Source: Candidatus Lokiarchaeum ossiferum | Lineage (GTDB): Archaea; Asgardarchaeota; Lokiarchaeia; Sigyniarchaeales; Promethearchaeaceae | NCBI GenBank assembly: GCA_025839675.1 | Contig: CP104013.1 | Coordinates: forward strand, 90,001 to 122,000 | Reading direction: 5' to 3' | Length of the DNA stretch: 32,000 nt | In this document: one piece after another, positions 1 to 7,033 of the stretch | Numbering within the stretch: position 1 is the first letter of the stretch | Layout: every line of letters begins with the position of its first letter | Translations under genes and position numbers: made by a program | Notes under the pieces: model-generated | Seen by the model: only the letters and a program-made list of their open reading frames with translations | Database searches by the model: none | What the model was told of the DNA's origin: nothing

Positions 1-758
1 TTTCTCTTAGCTTTTCCAAAGATTTTTCTAGTTTCGCAAATATTAATGAAGTCCGGACAGAGACGTTTGGTCAATTGGGACTTTTAGAAAATAATACTCC
101 CACTGAATTAATTTTCCCATTTAAATTAAGCAATATTGATTCCTTTTTTGCGTGTGATCGGATTTTAGAGGATTATTTCAACATCGCTTCCAAAGAAAAC
201 CCTGATGAACCGTATATCCGACCAAAATGGTTTGAAGATGGGTCAATAAAACCATTATCATTAAAAGAACGAAAAGTGTTAGTCGCTTTAATTAAAAATC
301 CAAATATGACAATGGAAAAAATTGGAGAAGACGAAAATGTAGAGCTTTCGCGCCATACTGTGGCTCGTATGAAACGAAAATTTCTTGCCGAAGGTTTAAT
401 CAAGAAAATGATTATCCCAGATTTAAAAAGTATTGGATTTGATATAATGGTTTTTTACACATTCAGATTTAATCCAAATCACCCCCCTCAATTTGAAGAC
501 TTTGAGATGATTAATTCCAAATCTACTCTATTTTTTGCCCATCGAAAGTTTAACGCTGTAATGCTTTCTGTCTACGCAACTTATGCCGATTACAAAGAAG
601 ATAAGATGCGAAAATTTACATATTTGAAAGATCAGAATATTTTAACTTACAATCCTGCTCCTAAGAAATATGTGTTTGATCAGATGGAGATTATTAAATA
701 TTTCAAGTTTGCTCCTATTACAGAAAAAATTTTACTTTCAGATCTCGCTGAAGAATAA
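1..758 (+). CDS. Winged-helix (Lrp/AsnC- or MarR-like) transcriptional regulator, probably 5'-truncated by the window edge
   Basis: The track ORF 75..758 begins at a TTG. The same frame has no stop back to nt 3, and the first in-frame ATG (aa 78) would cut the domain, so the gene likely starts upstream of the window. HTH-like stretch: LSLKERKVLVALIKNPNMTMEKIGEDENVELSRHTVARMKRKFLAEGLI. A T6 run at 778-783 follows the stop. Confidence 0.6.
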   Translation, partial: SLSFSKDFSSFANINEVRTETFGQLGLLENNTPTELIFPFKLSNIDSFFACDRILEDYFNIASKENPDEPYIRPKWFEDGSIKPLSLKERKVLVALIKNPNMTMEKIGEDENVELSRHTVARMKRKFLAEGLIKKMIIPDLKSIGFDIMVFYTFRFNPNHPPQFEDFEMINSKSTLFFAHRKFNAVMLSVYATYADYKEDKMRKFTYLKDQNILTYNPAPKKYVFDQMEIIKYFKFAPITEKILLSDLAEE

Positions 759-892
759 CATTATTTTCTTATTTCCGTTTTTTATCATTTAGAGGGTAGT
801 TACATATTATATCCATCTTTGATATTGCTCAATTTTTATTTCTGTATTCGTTCGACAATTATTGACACGTATGGGTGTATATCAGCTTGATA

Positions 893-1099
893 CTAGCCTC
901 CACCAAACATATGGATGGCCAGTACTTCATCTCCATCTTGGATAAGGGTATTTTTGTAATCTTTTTTTTCAACAAATTCCCCATTAATTTTGACCATGAT
1001 CTCTGGAAATGTATATTTGTGGAGCTCCAACATTTTAGTAACTGTCATCCCTTTGAACCACTGAAAATCCCGATTATTCACAGTTATCATAAACTTCAC
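893..1099 (-). CDS. ThiS/MoaD-family beta-grasp sulfur-carrier / small modifier protein ending in GGG
   Basis: 68 aa with an ATG start. The C-terminal half INGEFVEKKDYKNTLIQDGDEVLAIHMFGGG* fits the ThiS pattern (NGe.v......l.dGD.veiv..vgGG) with a terminal diglycine. It lies 29 nt downstream of the MFS gene on the same strand. Confidence 0.8.
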   Translation of the reverse strand: MKFMITVNNRDFQWFKGMTVTKMLELHKYTFPEIMVKINGEFVEKKDYKNTLIQDGDEVLAIHMFGGG

Positions 1100-1128
1100 A
1101 TCTTAGTAATCAAAACCCAAAAAAAAGG

Positions 1129-2430
1129 TTATTCCTTAGCAAGGTCTGTTTGAAATTGATTTTCTTGATTTGAAATTGTTTTTTTTTCTTCAATTTTCTC
1201 AGCTAAATAAGGTGAAATTGATTTAATGGCTAATAAAAAGAAAGGAATTAACGCTAGTTCAATGTAAATTGAAACTATAAATGGAGTTTGGGGTCTAAAG
1301 GAATCCCATAAGATACCTCCGAGTACTGGGCCCAAGATACTTCCAATATTTCCCATTAAGTTTTGAAATCCAAAAATTTTTCCCCGGTTTCGTTCAGAAA
1401 TCCGGCTTAAAATATTTTGGATTGATAATCCTGCCACAGAAGCAATAGTAAAATCGATTATCATTAAAAAAGTGAAGAGGTAGAAGTTATAAGTCTGCAA
1501 TAATAATAATGTAAAAAGAGCTCCAGCTATGCTTGCTAAGGATATGCCCCACTCTGGTCGAATTTTGTCAATAATCTTACCCAATTTTGGAGCAAGAATT
1601 GTTGTTAATATTCCATTACAGAAATAAGCCGCTAAAATTAAATCTGTATTTTGTGTGATAAATTCCATTAAATATATCTGAATAAATGGTTTTGCTAATG
1701 AACCATTGAAATTACTAAGCAGAATGACTAAGTAGAGAAATAAAATTCCATAAATCCAGTTTTTTTTAAGGGTGAGAGTAGAAGATATTTTCTCTTCGGA
1801 ATTAGAGGTTTCTTCATCCACAAATTTTATTTTATCATCAACTTTATTTCTAAATTTGAATCCAGCATAGAAATTGGCCATGCTATACAATAGTATTGGA
1901 GAAAACAATAAAAATGGGGATAAATTATTACCTTGAGCAAATCCAAATATTGTAAATCCTATCACCGAACCAAGAAGTTGTCCTCTTCCGACAGCCGCCA
2001 TTCGCATTCCATAGGCTTGAGTGCGATTTTTTTTGTTTGATTTCTCTGAAAGAAGTGTGTCTAATGAGACCCAAAAAAATCCCGCCCCAAAACCTATTGA
2101 AAAAGTACCCCATCCCATGATCCAGAGTGTTTTAAGTATAATTCCGGCATATATAATTAAATAGGCGGTTGCTCTTCCAAAGGATCCCAATAGAACAAGT
2201 TTCTTTTTTGATATTTTATCCGTCAAAGCTCCAGCAATGGGAGAACTTATAGAATAACCTAAAATCTGGACTGAAACGAGCATTCCAATGTCTGTGGCAC
2301 TGGCATGCAAAACTTGATTGCAAAAATAAAGAATTATAAATTCTAAAAAAAACATCCCCAAGCCATTCCAAAACACAATATTAATCATAGCTCGGAAATC
2401 TTGTGTAAATTTTCCTTGGTTTTCTTCCAT
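1129..2430 (-). CDS. Major facilitator superfamily (MFS) transporter
   Basis: 433 aa with about 12 hydrophobic helices in two halves, separated by a charged loop (KFVDEETSNSEEK). There is a motif-A-like GALTDKISKKKLVLLG after TM2 and a second copy-like APKLGKIIDKIRPEWG in the C-terminal half. Confidence 0.85.
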   Translation of the reverse strand: MEENQGKFTQDFRAMINIVFWNGLGMFFLEFIILYFCNQVLHASATDIGMLVSVQILGYSISSPIAGALTDKISKKKLVLLGSFGRATAYLIIYAGIILKTLWIMGWGTFSIGFGAGFFWVSLDTLLSEKSNKKNRTQAYGMRMAAVGRGQLLGSVIGFTIFGFAQGNNLSPFLLFSPILLYSMANFYAGFKFRNKVDDKIKFVDEETSNSEEKISSTLTLKKNWIYGILFLYLVILLSNFNGSLAKPFIQIYLMEFITQNTDLILAAYFCNGILTTILAPKLGKIIDKIRPEWGISLASIAGALFTLLLLQTYNFYLFTFLMIIDFTIASVAGLSIQNILSRISERNRGKIFGFQNLMGNIGSILGPVLGGILWDSFRPQTPFIVSIYIELALIPFFLLAIKSISPYLAEKIEEKKTISNQENQFQTDLAKE

Positions 2431-2480
2431 GTGATAATTAATTTAATGAACTCAATAAGAAAAAACTTAGGAATTTGATT

Positions 2481-3281
2481 TTATATCATTTCTACCGAAA
2501 AAATGCAAGCTTTATCTCCATGAGCAATACATGATGTTTCTTTAGCTTTAATTGTCATGTCAGCAAGTAACTCATGTTGTAGGAACCCTTCAATAAATCC
2601 TTCGATAAATTTGCACGAAAAGTTATCATTTTTAATTCCTCGACAAACCGGACATAGGTTTATTTCAATCTCTAAGTTTTCTTCGGTAAACTCATTTACA
2701 TGATTTATTGATATTAGATCTAATTCCTTCCGTAATTTCTTCTTTAATTGTTTTTTAGTTTTAATGTTACGTGCTCTAACTTGACCTGCTTTAAAACCAA
2801 TTAACTTCATAACATTTGGTTCGAATCTATCTTGAAATTGTCGAATTACCTTTATCACATGCTTGGGAAAATCCTTTGAGATATAGAGTTGAGTGAATTC
2901 TGAATAAACGATTTCATCAACATTTTTGGCAAAAGGTTCAAAAATCTGGGTATCTCCATTCCAATTCTTTATATTTTGACCGAATTGCTCATAAAATTGT
3001 TCAGAAATCTTTTTTAGAGATATTTCAACGAAATTATCTTCCTTACTTTCTTCTACAATCCCAACAACAATGATATCCTGATTAGATGAAATTAAAACTC
3101 GATGATCTCCAGTTTCGAAATGAGTTATTTGCCCAATTTTTAACTCCTTAGTAAAAAGCGAAATTGCTGAAATCATTCCACTAAACAAAACACCATTCAT
3201 CGCAATAGTTTTTGTAGTAAATGATCTGTGGAGAAGCAAAAATGAAGACCCTTTTTGAATAATAAATATTTCGAGTAGCAT
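2481..3281 (-). CDS. Two-domain protein: N-terminal longin/roadblock-like domain plus C-terminal V4R (4-vinyl-reductase / Bet3-fold) domain
   Basis: 266 aa. The C-terminus CPVCRGIKNDNFSCKFIEGFIEGFLQHEL...ETSCIAHGDKACIFSVEMI fits the V4R Cys/Gly pattern. The N-terminus (LLEIFIIQKGSSFLLLH.., NGVLFSGMISAISLFTKEL, ITHFETGDHRVLISSNQDIIVVGIVEE, NFVEISLKKISEQFYEQFG) has the beta-beta-alpha-beta-beta-beta-alpha pattern of longin/roadblock folds. That N-terminal fold call is inferred from the pattern only. Confidence 0.7.
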   Translation of the reverse strand: MLLEIFIIQKGSSFLLLHRSFTTKTIAMNGVLFSGMISAISLFTKELKIGQITHFETGDHRVLISSNQDIIVVGIVEESKEDNFVEISLKKISEQFYEQFGQNIKNWNGDTQIFEPFAKNVDEIVYSEFTQLYISKDFPKHVIKVIRQFQDRFEPNVMKLIGFKAGQVRARNIKTKKQLKKKLRKELDLISINHVNEFTEENLEIEINLCPVCRGIKNDNFSCKFIEGFIEGFLQHELLADMTIKAKETSCIAHGDKACIFSVEMI

Positions 3282-3316
3282 GTATGGATCAAATTCCTTT
3301 CATAATATTTGTTGAC

Positions 3317-3652
3317 TTATTCTTCTCCCATCATAAATTGCGTAAATTTGAACACTAATATTAGAGATAGGGCAAATAATGAAAACCCAACGATTAATAA
3401 TATTGACATAACTGATTTAAAGAGTTCATAATTATCCATCCAATAAAATTCTGAAATCAAATCCATAAATGCAGATATTGTCCCCATCGAAATGGCAAGA
3501 ATCATTAATGGAAATCCTTTGGAAGCGAAAATTTTGTTCTTCTTTTTAGCATAAAATGCCATAACTAAGATGAAGACAAATCCTAAAAGGGATAATCCTT
3601 CTAAAATTGCATCCAACCAATTAATTTCTGGGGCAGGGGTCATAAAGATCAT
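3317..3652 (-). CDS. Small 3-TM membrane protein (paralog B)
   Basis: 111 aa with three hydrophobic helices. It shares the motifs FYAKKKNKIFASKGF and FMDLISEF and an acidic C-terminus (GEE) with the upstream 125-aa ORF. Its ATG overlaps the upstream stop (ATGA at 3649-3652). Confidence 0.7.
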   Translation of the reverse strand: MIFMTPAPEINWLDAILEGLSLLGFVFILVMAFYAKKKNKIFASKGFPLMILAISMGTISAFMDLISEFYWMDNYELFKSVMSILLIVGFSLFALSLILVFKFTQFMMGEE

Positions 3653-4026
3653 TCTTCTTTACCCTCCCATAATTCCATTCCATATTTTGCAATTTTGTAA
3701 AAGGCAAATCCCACTATGAATAAACCTAAAAAGGAAAAGATGGCATCTAACATATCAAAAAGGGTGTATACAAATACCGTTTCACCATCAATTTTTTTGG
3801 TGACTAAAGTATCTAATAAATCAAAGAAGAAATGTAAGGTAATGAAGGTAAATCCTATGAATAATTCAATAAATCCTTTTTTTGTGAATTTAGGGTAGTT
3901 TTTTCGTAAATAGACTAATGCAAATACGTTCGAAATGGCCGCTAGAATAATAATTAATTCAATTATCATCGTCGTTAATTCTGATGCATCTCGTAATTGC
4001 TGAATTGTATCCCACTGAATTACCAT
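3649..4026 (-). CDS. Small 3-TM membrane protein (paralog A)
   Basis: 125 aa with three hydrophobic helices. Motifs VYLRKNYPKFTKKGF and FFDLLDTL and an acidic C-terminus (GKEE) parallel the downstream paralog. A TATA-like TTTAAAAA lies about 25 nt upstream. Confidence 0.7.
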   Translation of the reverse strand: MVIQWDTIQQLRDASELTTMIIELIIILAAISNVFALVYLRKNYPKFTKKGFIELFIGFTFITLHFFFDLLDTLVTKKIDGETVFVYTLFDMLDAIFSFLGLFIVGFAFYKIAKYGMELWEGKEE

Positions 4027-4050
4027 TATGACTTACTTATTTTTTTGTGT

Positions 4051-4058
4051 TTTTTAAA
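4051..4058 (-). promoter_or_regulatory. TATA-box-like TTTAAAAA upstream of the two-membrane-protein/V4R operon
   Basis: The minus strand reads AGTTTAAAAAACAC. There are 24 nt between the element and the ATG at 4026, so a leaderless or very short-leader mRNA is plausible. The AT-rich background makes this weak. Confidence 0.3.
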
Positions 4059-4129
4059 CTTCCCTTACACTTAAATAAATAAAATACAGTTCACGAGATA
4101 TAACAAAAGGAACAAATTTCTATTTTGTT

Positions 4130-4149
4130 TAATAAATAAATTAAAAAAA
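4130..4149 (-). terminator. T7 run immediately after the AOR stop codon (archaeal oligo-T terminator)
   Basis: The minus strand reads TAA-TTTTTTT-AATTTATTTATT. On the plus strand this is A7 at 4143-4149. Confidence 0.4.
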
Positions 4150-6312
4150 TTATTGAAGAGGCAGAATTACTTCAATTAGTTCAGGTAAGTCCATACCAAT
4201 TTTCTTCAAATGTTCAATTGTTGGAACTCCATTAGAATTCCAGCCTCTTCGCTTATAGACTGCATCTGTAAGTTTTTCATATTGCTCTAATCGATATTTT
4301 CTTACAATTGCAATTTTTTCTGCGGTGGTTTTTTTAGCAGGATCTACGTTCATTAACTCTTGTAATTGTTTATCATACCGATCTTGGCGGGAAAGATATT
4401 CTTCTTCAGTGACAGGACCTGCTGCACGATATGGAACGGCATCATTCTTCCGAAGACCTTTGCCCAAACGAATATTGAAAATTCGTTGAAAATTATAAAC
4501 TCGTTCGGATTGCAAAATTAATTCTTCCCGAGATAATGGTTTTCCTGTAACTCCTTCGAAGATCCACCGATAATTTTCAACGTGTTCAGGAACTTTGGCT
4601 GCTTCTTGAGGTTCATAATTTTTATTGCTTGCAGGAGTAATATCATTCCAAGGCAATTTACATAATCCCATAAGTCCAAACCACGTTCTAAACATTGGGA
4701 AGTAATGAAGGGCTTCTGCTTTATCTTCAAAGGATGGAATTTGATTATTTACCATATCCATGAAAATTAACCACGCTTCATCGTGTTGTGGGCCTTTATT
4801 GGTTAAACCATATCCACCTTGTTGAGCTAGTGATTCTTTGCTTTGATATTCAGAATATTCTAATCCCTTTTGTTCCATCCCGATATCTTCCATGAACTCT
4901 AAGTCTCCGCCATATTCTTTCGCAAAGATTTGTTTCATTTTATGTGTTCCTTGGCCTGCAATTTTACCGAATCCTTCTCCACGAGACATTTGGTGAAGTA
5001 ATTTTAATGCATCTTGAGAATTTCCAAACTTTAAATCCAAACCTCCAGTGATTTCTTTATTCAAGATTCCAGCTTCATAACATTCCATTATGAAAGCAGT
5101 CATAGTGGCAAAGGAGATGATATCAATACCATATGTATCACAGTAGAAATTGGCTTCCATAACAAATTGTGGATCAAAACATCCCATATTTGCCCCTAAA
5201 CCTGCAGCATTTTCATATTCCGGACCATCCACAGTTACTTTGTGTCCTTTATATGGTCCCGAAAGCAATTCAAAATTATCGGCTGCTTTTGCACAAGACA
5301 TAGAACATCCATACCAGCATCCATCAGGTAAATTTTGTGACAGAAATTTATCCCGAAATACGTTAGATTCAATATTCTTGGTATTTTTATGGGCTCCATA
5401 CTTGAAATTGTGGGTCGGTAAAAGATCATATTGATCCATGACTTCAATGATGTTAGCTGTTCCAACTTGTCTCATTCTGCATTGATCATTATCGAATTTT
5501 TCAATTTCTCGGTGTAATCGTAATCCCGCTTTATTTAACAATTCAATTTTTGCAGGATGATTAAGATTACCTTTGACACCTTTAAATTTAATGACTAAGG
5601 CTTTAATGTGCTTATCCCGAAATACTGTTCCTATACCTCCACGTCCTGCTTGTTTTATTCGGGGTACTTTACGTCGAAGATCATAAAATGAAAAATTCAA
5701 CATTCCAATAAGTGTATGTTCTGCTGCTGAACCAGCACAAACTACTGCGACGTTCCGTTTGTCTTTCTCATCTTCCGCATACATTTCAGTTAATTGTTCA
5801 CATAAAATATGAGCATCATGAGATTCCAAGGGTGCTTCTTCAATTTGAACAGTGCCATTATTTCCATCAAGGACAATAATAACATCTTTCTCTGCTTTTC
5901 CTTGAAGTTCAAGGGCATCAAAGCCAGAAAATTTAAGATAAGGTCCAAAATACCCTCCAACATTGCTATCAATCACAATATCCGTCAAAGGGGAAATTGA
6001 GACGATAAGCGATTTTCCTGAGCCTGGATATTGGGTAATTCCACAAACGGGACCAGTTCCTATGATGATTTCATTCTCAGGATCATTCCATTTCGTATTG
6101 GGGGATACCGCATCCCATAAATAGCGAAGTCCGAATCCTTTTCCTCCAATGAACTTATCTTTCATTTCTTGGGTAATTGGCTTGGATTTTATTGTATTAT
6201 CAGATACATTCACATACAATGTGCGATTATTATATCCTTTTTCAATGGAACCAAGATCATAATTCCATTTATTAAGTAATTTATGATTTTCTTTTAATTT
6301 TTGTACATCCAT
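4150..6312 (-). CDS. aor: Aldehyde:ferredoxin oxidoreductase family (tungsto/molybdopterin) enzyme, long 720-aa form
   Basis: N-terminal AOR pattern: GYNNRTLYVNVSD..FIGGKGFGLRYLW..NEIIIGTGPVCG..SGKSLIVSISPLTD. C-terminal-domain pattern: PEYENAAGLGANMGCFDP..NFYCDTYGIDIISF..ECYEAGIL and RGWNSNGVPT. The cluster Cys block is DGCWYGCSMSC, with LMGLCKLPW further on. A GAGGA Shine-Dalgarno sits 6 nt before the ATG, and a T7 run follows the stop directly. Confidence 0.92.
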   Translation of the reverse strand: MDVQKLKENHKLLNKWNYDLGSIEKGYNNRTLYVNVSDNTIKSKPITQEMKDKFIGGKGFGLRYLWDAVSPNTKWNDPENEIIIGTGPVCGITQYPGSGKSLIVSISPLTDIVIDSNVGGYFGPYLKFSGFDALELQGKAEKDVIIVLDGNNGTVQIEEAPLESHDAHILCEQLTEMYAEDEKDKRNVAVVCAGSAAEHTLIGMLNFSFYDLRRKVPRIKQAGRGGIGTVFRDKHIKALVIKFKGVKGNLNHPAKIELLNKAGLRLHREIEKFDNDQCRMRQVGTANIIEVMDQYDLLPTHNFKYGAHKNTKNIESNVFRDKFLSQNLPDGCWYGCSMSCAKAADNFELLSGPYKGHKVTVDGPEYENAAGLGANMGCFDPQFVMEANFYCDTYGIDIISFATMTAFIMECYEAGILNKEITGGLDLKFGNSQDALKLLHQMSRGEGFGKIAGQGTHKMKQIFAKEYGGDLEFMEDIGMEQKGLEYSEYQSKESLAQQGGYGLTNKGPQHDEAWLIFMDMVNNQIPSFEDKAEALHYFPMFRTWFGLMGLCKLPWNDITPASNKNYEPQEAAKVPEHVENYRWIFEGVTGKPLSREELILQSERVYNFQRIFNIRLGKGLRKNDAVPYRAAGPVTEEEYLSRQDRYDKQLQELMNVDPAKKTTAEKIAIVRKYRLEQYEKLTDAVYKRRGWNSNGVPTIEHLKKIGMDLPELIEVILPLQ

Positions 6313-6327
6313 TTTAATTCCTCACAA

Positions 6328-6714
6328 TTAGAATTCTTCTATAAAAATTGCTCCCGTTGGGCATTCCTTCACACAAATTCCACAAGCAACACATTTAAAT
6401 GGCTCTAATAATGCATCATGTTGAAACATTGCATTTTCTGGACAAGCGGCAACACACATTAAACAACCAACACAATCCTTCTTTCGAATTCGATAGATAC
6501 CTTTTTTATCTTGATAAATGGCTTCAACAGGGCATACTTCGGCACACCTACCACATTGAGTGCAAGTAATAATCGTTTTACTCTCATCATCATTCACTTT
6601 TATACGCAATGATGCTTTTAAAGAATTAACTTCCTTAAAATAGAGCTTAGAGCATGCATCTTCACAAGCATGACACGCCGTGCACAAATCTTCTTTCTTG
6701 GCTAATCTTTTCAA
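6328..6714 (-). CDS. Polyferredoxin, four CxxCxxCxxxC motifs (up to 4x[4Fe-4S]); likely electron-transfer partner of AOR
   Basis: 128 aa with motifs CTACHACEDAC, CTQCGRCAEVCP, CVGCLMCVAACP and CVACGICVKECP. The TTG start is preceded by GGAGGT at a 9-nt spacing (6724-6729). There are 15 nt between its stop and the AOR start. Confidence 0.9.
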   Translation of the reverse strand: MKRLAKKEDLCTACHACEDACSKLYFKEVNSLKASLRIKVNDDESKTIITCTQCGRCAEVCPVEAIYQDKKGIYRIRKKDCVGCLMCVAACPENAMFQHDALLEPFKCVACGICVKECPTGAIFIEEF

Positions 6715-6951
6715 GTTTAAAGAACCTCCAGCAAGTGAGGACTTTAATTTTTGGCCTTTGAAAAATCTTTTCGTTTTTCTAAAAAAGGGTTAAAAGTGGA
6801 TATTTTTTGCTCGATTTTGTAAAATTTTGAATATTTTTCAATCAAATTATTGGGTTGATATTCATTCGATATGAATTTCCAGTAATATCGACTCCTTTAA
6901 ATTTCTTTTAAAATCAAAAAAAAATTCAAACAAAGTACGATCCTTTACGCT

Positions 6952-6965
6952 GTTTTTGCAAAAAC
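6952..6965. promoter_or_regulatory. Perfect 14-nt palindrome GTTTTTGCAAAAAC in the divergent AOR / 7034-gene spacer
   Basis: It is perfectly self-complementary and lies 69 nt upstream of the ATG at 7034. It may be an operator, or a chance palindrome in AT-rich DNA. Confidence 0.2.
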
Positions 6966-7033
6966 GCAAATCTGAAAAACTCCTAATCACTCGATCATGT
7001 AACAAAAATTTCGATCTTAATGTTGATAAATAA

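Noticed and set aside
875-1153. 92-aa plus-strand ORF covering the ThiS-like gene
   Set aside because: The opposite strand encodes a textbook ThiS-family protein ending in GG. The plus-strand product has no features.
2818-2827. GGTTCGAATC, a tRNA T-arm-like string
   Set aside because: It lies inside the V4R-protein CDS. The flanks provide no acceptor, D or anticodon stems.
4518-6000. Several 60-94-aa ORFs inside the AOR gene (4518..4730, 5150..5434, 5235..5465, 5790..5972, 5809..6000)
   Set aside because: They are alternative-frame or antisense ORFs nested in a 720-aa gene with family motifs along its whole length.
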